Positions 59,203-64,000 of a stretch of DNA of 64,000 nucleotides are shown in pieces. Source of the stretch: a virus. The stretch lies in the IMG/VR virus record IMGVR_UViG_2915168811_000001. The stretch is one strand, 5' to 3'. Position numbers and translations under genes: made by a program. How positions within the stretch are numbered: the first letter of the stretch is position 1; each line of letters opens with the position of its first letter. The notes beneath the pieces were generated by a model. It did no database searches. It saw only the letters and a program-made list of their open reading frames with translations, and had not been told where the DNA came from.

Positions 59203-62200
59203 TTGTCGATCCCTCGTGCCGCTCAGCAGGCAATTTCAGCTTTGGAAGCGCTCGCGTCCATCCCGGCGGGAGGCGAAGCTGATTCTGTTCAGCGGGAGGT
59301 GCTTTCGGCTTGGACTGGTTGGGGTCCGCTCGCACCGGCGCTGGGTGTTCTCGTGGATGAGCGGTGGCAGGACACCGCCGATCGGCTCGAAGCGCTGCTG
59401 TCGCCGGAGGCGTTCACCTGGGCGCAGGACGTGTGCGACACAAGCTACTTCACTCCCACGGTCGTCGGCGAGGCGGTGTTCGATCTGCTGCGCCGTTCCG
59501 GCTTCACGGGCGGCCGCGTGCTCGAACCCGGCGTCGGGTCCGGCGCGCTCATCACCGCAGCTCCTGCGGACTGGGCGATCGACTGGACCGGCATTGACGC
59601 TGACCCGACCGCGGCGCGGATCGCGCAGCTGCTGCACCCGGACGCCACGATCATCGCGAAGCCGCTGCAGGACCAGCAGTTCCCGTCAGGCTCATTCGAC
59701 GCGGTGATCGGAAACGTGCCGTTCTCGAAATCAGGCGTGTACGACCCGAACTTCAGTGTGCACAAGCGCCCTTCACTGCACACCTACTTCACGGTGCGCG
59801 CACTCGACGCCGTCAAGCCCGGCGGATACCTCGTGCTGATCACGAGCCGCTACTTCCTCGACTCCATCGACGACATTGCAGACACCGTGTTCGGCGGTCT
59901 CGCCGACCTGATGGCTGCGGTGAGGCTCCCATCCGGCGCGTTCGACGGCACTGAAGTGGTCGCCGATATTCTCGTGCTGCGCCGCCGGGAGGATCCGCGA
60001 ATTTCAGGCGGCGTCCTCCCGATGGAGATGGTCCAGCGGAGCGTCCGATCGTACGCGCGGTACGGCGACACTTCTACCACCGAAATGCTGGTGCAGCGGC
60101 GATCCGAGGTGCCGCACGAAGTGCGTGAATTCAGCGTCACCGTGTCATCGCTCTGGGAGGATCACCCCGCGTTGATTGCAGGGCGCATGGAACCCACCGG
60201 CTACCTTCCGGCGCCGCTGAAAGTGCGGACTGATGATGTGGCAGGGTCGATCCGCGCCGCAGTGCATGCGGCGAAGGCGCTGTACTCCCCTGAGGACCAG
60301 CGACCCGTCGACTCACTTCCGGGGCTTCCCGAGATCGCACTGTGCGACGCGGAGGGCCGCAAGGAGGGGTCCTTCCACCTGATCGACGACGTCGTGCACC
60401 AGGTGGTCGGCGGTTCACTGCGAGCGACGACGAAAGCCTCCAAGGAGCTCCGAGCGCTGATCGCTCTGCGCGACGCTGCCGTGGCGCTGATTGAGCTTGA
60501 ATCAGACACCGCTCTTGCCGACGCGAAGATCGCTCCGCAGCGCGCCGCCACGCTTGCGCTGTACGAAGCGTACGTCAGCTCGTTCGGGGCGATCGGCCGA
60601 GGCAACCTCACCGAGGGGAAGCCGGACCCGGACACCGGAGCCCCGTCGTACACCTGGCGTCGCCCGTTGATGGGCGGGTTCCGGAAGGATCCCGACTACC
60701 TCACCGTGCTCGCCATTGAGCATTTCGATCAGGACACCGGCGAGGCTTGCCCCGCGCCGATCCTGCTGCGCCGCGTGAACTTCGCCCCCGTCCCCGTCAC
60801 GAGCACGGACAGCCCTGCTGAGGCGGTCCACCTTGCAACGGACCGCTCAGGGGTGGTCGACATCGATCACGTCGCCTCCCTGCTCGGTACCGACATTCCG
60901 GGCGCCGAAGAAGCCACCGCCGGTCTGGTGTTCACAGATCCAGTGCGGCAGGAGCTCGTCACCGCGGGCGAATATCTGTCAGGGAATGTCCGGGTGAAGC
61001 TCGCGGCGGCGGAGGCCGCTGGCGCGGACGCCAACATGGAGGCGTTGCGCGCAGTCCTTCCCGCACAGCTGGGCCCGCTCGACATTCGTCCGCAGCTCGG
61101 CGCACCCTGGATCAGCGCTGACATCATCCGCACCTTCATCGGCGACGTACTGAAGATGAACCCTTCCGTGAGCTACATTCCGGAGCTCGCTGTTTGGGAG
61201 GTCGGGAAGTCCTACGGCGGCGACCTGCAGTCCCGCACCGAGTTCGGCACACCGGACATCGAGCCTGTGAAGCTGCTGGAGCTCGCGCTGAACGGCGCAG
61301 TCCCGGTTCTGTCGGACGAAGTGTTCGTGGACGGGCGATGGAAGAAGGTGAAGAACTCCACGAAATCCCTCGCCGCAGAGCAGAAGCAGCTCGCGATCCA
61401 GCAGCGCTTCGAGGTCTGGCTGTGGGAGGAAAAAGACCGAGCCGATCAGGTGTGCAACGAGTTCAACCGCCGTTTCCGCTCGCACCGCCCGCGCCGCGGC
61501 GACGGCCAGCACCTCAGCTTCCCGGGACTCAGCACCTCAATTGAACTGTGGCCGCACCAGAAAGATGCTGTGCAGCGGATCATCACCGACCAGCGCACCA
61601 TCCTCCATCACCCGGTCGGCGCCGGCAAGACGCTCGAAGCTATCGTCGGCGCGGTGAAGCTCAAGCAGCTCGGCCTCGCTCAGAAGCCGCTCATTACCGT
61701 CCCGAACCACCTGCTCGAGCAGATCGCACGCGAAGCACGTACCGCCTACCCGACGGGCCGTTTCCTGATCGCCGGACGTGACGAGGTCACGAAGGAGAAC
61801 AAGCGCCTGTTCGCGGCCCGCTGCGCCACGGGCGACTGGGACGCCGTCATCATGACGCACACCGCCTTCGCCTCCATCCCCGTCAGCGCGGAGCTTGAAA
61901 GCCGCTGGGTTGAGGAACGGAAAGCCGAACTGCGCGACGCCATGTCGAGCATCGAGCAGTACTCGAAAGGGCAGAAGAAGGTCGCGGCCGCCGTGCGCCG
62001 CCTGGAATCCCAGCTGATGGAACTGCGCGACGACGCCCGCCGGGACGAGCACACCATCACGTTCGAACAGCTCGGCGTTGACCATGTCAGCGTGGATGAA
62101 TTCCACATGTTCCGCCGACTGATGGTCACCTCCAACAGTCAGTCGGGGTTCTCGCTCGGTCATTCCAAGCGCGCCACCGACCTGCTGCTGAAAGTGCGTT

Positions 62201-63954
62201 CACTCACCGACCGGCACCCGGGAAAGCCCGTGTTCGCTGGCTTCACCGGCACCCTGATCTCGAACACGCTCGCGGAAGTGTTCGTGTGGCAGTCGTACGT
62301 CCAGCCTGAACGCCTTCAGGAGGCTGGGGTCAGTAATTTCGACGCCTGGGCGGCGACGTTCGTGCGCTTCGAGACAGCGGTCGAAGTGAAGCCGACCGGT
62401 CAGGGGTTCCACATGCGCCGCCGGCCGCGCGCCATCCGGAACGCACCGGAGCTCTACGCGATGCTTTCCGAGAATTGCGACCGCGTCACCGCGGAGCAGA
62501 TCAATCTCGAGCGCCCGACGCATGAAACCCATGACGTCGTCAGCCAGCCGAGCGATGTGCAGCAGGACATCGTGGAAAGCCTCGCCTACCGCGCGGACCG
62601 AATCTACGCCGGTGGGGTGGACCCCCGAGAGGACAACATGCTCGCCATCTGCGGCACCGGGCGCGCAGTGGCGTTGGACCCGCGCCTGCTGCATGCCGAC
62701 GGCGGCAGTCCCAAGATGAGTGACGCGACCGCGAGGATCACCAAGCACTACCTGCAGAACCGAGGGCGCGCCTTTCCTGGCTCCGCGGTACCGGGAATGT
62801 TCCAGCTGGTGTTCTGCGACCTCGGCACGCCGAAGCCCGGCGACACATCCACGTACGGTCGCCTTCGCGCTGAACTGATCGCGGGAGGGATCCCCGCCGC
62901 CATGATCCGTTTCGTGCACGAAGCGACCACCGATAAGGCGCGCGCTGCGCTGTTCGCTCAGTGCCGTTCAGGTGAGGTGGCTGTGCTGATCGGTTCGACG
63001 GCGAAGATGGGGATGGGCACCAACATTCAGACCCGCCTCGGCGCGCTGCATCACCTCGATGCGCCCTGGCTGCCCTCCGACCTCGAGCAGCGCAACGGCC
63101 GGGCCCTCCGCCCGAAGAATCACTGCCCGCACGTCGACATCTACCGCTACGTCACCGAAGGCACCTTCGACGCCCTCACCTGGGAGACACTGCACCGCAA
63201 GGAGCTGTCGATCGGCCGGTTCCTGAACGCAGGGGACGTGGAGCGCGACATCGACGACGTCACTGAGGCTGCCCTGTCGTACGGTCAGGTGAAAGCGCTC
63301 GCTACCGGTCGCCCTGAGCTGCTGCGGCACGCGGAGATCTCCGCCGAACTCCAGAAGCTCCGCCTCATGCGTTCCGTGTGGGCGCAGCAGGTCAACGCCG
63401 CGCACAGCGGAATCGCCACACTGAACGGTTACGCCGACGGCGGGGAGCGCAGACTGGAACGCCTGGCCGAAGCGACGGGCCGTGACCGGAATAGGCGGGA
63501 TGAAACTGATCTGCTCGCTACCGACGTGGTGGAAGCCGCCCGGAAGAAACTGACGGGATCCTTCTACAGCCCCCGGCGATCATGTGACGGACTCTCCCTC
63601 TCCCTGAAAAGCTCATCGCTGTCTGGCTTCGAGGTGACAGTGGAGCACGAATATCTGAACCTCCACTCGTTCGCGCTCACCCGGAAGGAGATTCGCCGCG
63701 GCCCCCGTCATGTCGCGAAACTGATCCGCTCGACGGTGCAGAACTTCAGCGACGACCTGCCCGAAATGATGAAGCGGCTGTCCTCGGACATCGTCGAATA
63801 CCGCCGGCGGGCGGATGAGAGCCGACGGTTCGTAGAAACGGCGGTGTTCGACCGGGAGGCAGAACTCAGCGAGCTGGTCGCGGAGCGCGCGCGTCTCGAA
63901 TCTGAGATGGCCCAATCAGCCGAGCCGGCACATCTGGAAGCCGTCGCGGCGTAG
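59203..63954 (+). CDS. DarB-like adenine methyltransferase-SNF2 helicase fusion
   Basis: VLEPGVGSG, GNVPF, HPVGAGKT, VDEFH, TGTLISN, GTNIQ, EQRNGR. Confidence 0.9.
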   Translation: MSIPRAAQQAISALEALASIPAGGEADSVQREVLSAWTGWGPLAPALGVLVDERWQDTADRLEALLSPEAFTWAQDVCDTSYFTPTVVGEAVFDLLRRSGFTGGRVLEPGVGSGALITAAPADWAIDWTGIDADPTAARIAQLLHPDATIIAKPLQDQQFPSGSFDAVIGNVPFSKSGVYDPNFSVHKRPSLHTYFTVRALDAVKPGGYLVLITSRYFLDSIDDIADTVFGGLADLMAAVRLPSGAFDGTEVVADILVLRRREDPRISGGVLPMEMVQRSVRSYARYGDTSTTEMLVQRRSEVPHEVREFSVTVSSLWEDHPALIAGRMEPTGYLPAPLKVRTDDVAGSIRAAVHAAKALYSPEDQRPVDSLPGLPEIALCDAEGRKEGSFHLIDDVVHQVVGGSLRATTKASKELRALIALRDAAVALIELESDTALADAKIAPQRAATLALYEAYVSSFGAIGRGNLTEGKPDPDTGAPSYTWRRPLMGGFRKDPDYLTVLAIEHFDQDTGEACPAPILLRRVNFAPVPVTSTDSPAEAVHLATDRSGVVDIDHVASLLGTDIPGAEEATAGLVFTDPVRQELVTAGEYLSGNVRVKLAAAEAAGADANMEALRAVLPAQLGPLDIRPQLGAPWISADIIRTFIGDVLKMNPSVSYIPELAVWEVGKSYGGDLQSRTEFGTPDIEPVKLLELALNGAVPVLSDEVFVDGRWKKVKNSTKSLAAEQKQLAIQQRFEVWLWEEKDRADQVCNEFNRRFRSHRPRRGDGQHLSFPGLSTSIELWPHQKDAVQRIITDQRTILHHPVGAGKTLEAIVGAVKLKQLGLAQKPLITVPNHLLEQIAREARTAYPTGRFLIAGRDEVTKENKRLFAARCATGDWDAVIMTHTAFASIPVSAELESRWVEERKAELRDAMSSIEQYSKGQKKVAAAVRRLESQLMELRDDARRDEHTITFEQLGVDHVSVDEFHMFRRLMVTSNSQSGFSLGHSKRATDLLLKVRSLTDRHPGKPVFAGFTGTLISNTLAEVFVWQSYVQPERLQEAGVSNFDAWAATFVRFETAVEVKPTGQGFHMRRRPRAIRNAPELYAMLSENCDRVTAEQINLERPTHETHDVVSQPSDVQQDIVESLAYRADRIYAGGVDPREDNMLAICGTGRAVALDPRLLHADGGSPKMSDATARITKHYLQNRGRAFPGSAVPGMFQLVFCDLGTPKPGDTSTYGRLRAELIAGGIPAAMIRFVHEATTDKARAALFAQCRSGEVAVLIGSTAKMGMGTNIQTRLGALHHLDAPWLPSDLEQRNGRALRPKNHCPHVDIYRYVTEGTFDALTWETLHRKELSIGRFLNAGDVERDIDDVTEAALSYGQVKALATGRPELLRHAEISAELQKLRLMRSVWAQQVNAAHSGIATLNGYADGGERRLERLAEATGRDRNRRDETDLLATDVVEAARKKLTGSFYSPRRSCDGLSLSLKSSSLSGFEVTVEHEYLNLHSFALTRKEIRRGPRHVAKLIRSTVQNFSDDLPEMMKRLSSDIVEYRRRADESRRFVETAVFDREAELSELVAERARLESEMAQSAEPAHLEAVAA

Positions 63955-64000
63955 ACACCGCGCATCACTACTGGTGAGCCGCACCGCGCGGCCGGAAACA

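Overview
High-GC, actinobacterial-type (Microbacteriaceae-like, by inference) accessory DNA that reads like the early/cargo region of a very large plasmid, ICE or jumbo phage. It holds about 95 mostly short, nearly all + strand ORFs. No virion, conjugation or replication-initiator genes were recognised. Recognisable cargo is DNA/RNA metabolism and counter-defence: nrdF, dCMP deaminase, dUTPase, NADAR, macrodomain, DnaQ-like exonuclease, two ATP-grasp and two HAD proteins, UmuDC with a LexA box, DprA, Lsr2, a ClgR-like regulator, an SF2 helicase and a DarB-like methylase-helicase. The dominant unexplained signal is a ~50-nt element found about 36 times, always sense to and usually 49-57 nt ahead of a start codon: CCGCGCATnnnT, then N3-5 GTGAGG, a covarying GC hairpin, an RBS and the start. 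It often supplies the stop codon of the upstream gene, and near-identical copies bracket single-gene inserts. A divergent sigma70-like ORF (34268-35296; regions 2 and 3, no obvious region 4), itself behind a host-type leaderless -10, is a candidate cognate factor. The inferred system is an element-private transcription regulon and/or gene-cassette shuffling system. Also present: a 4.8-kb serine-recombinase element (BcgI-like R-M plus ArdA, recombinase truncated) that splits a gene at a CC core, a fic gene inserted between umuD and umuC, and a transposon end at the left edge. All family calls are by-eye motif recognition, not database searches.
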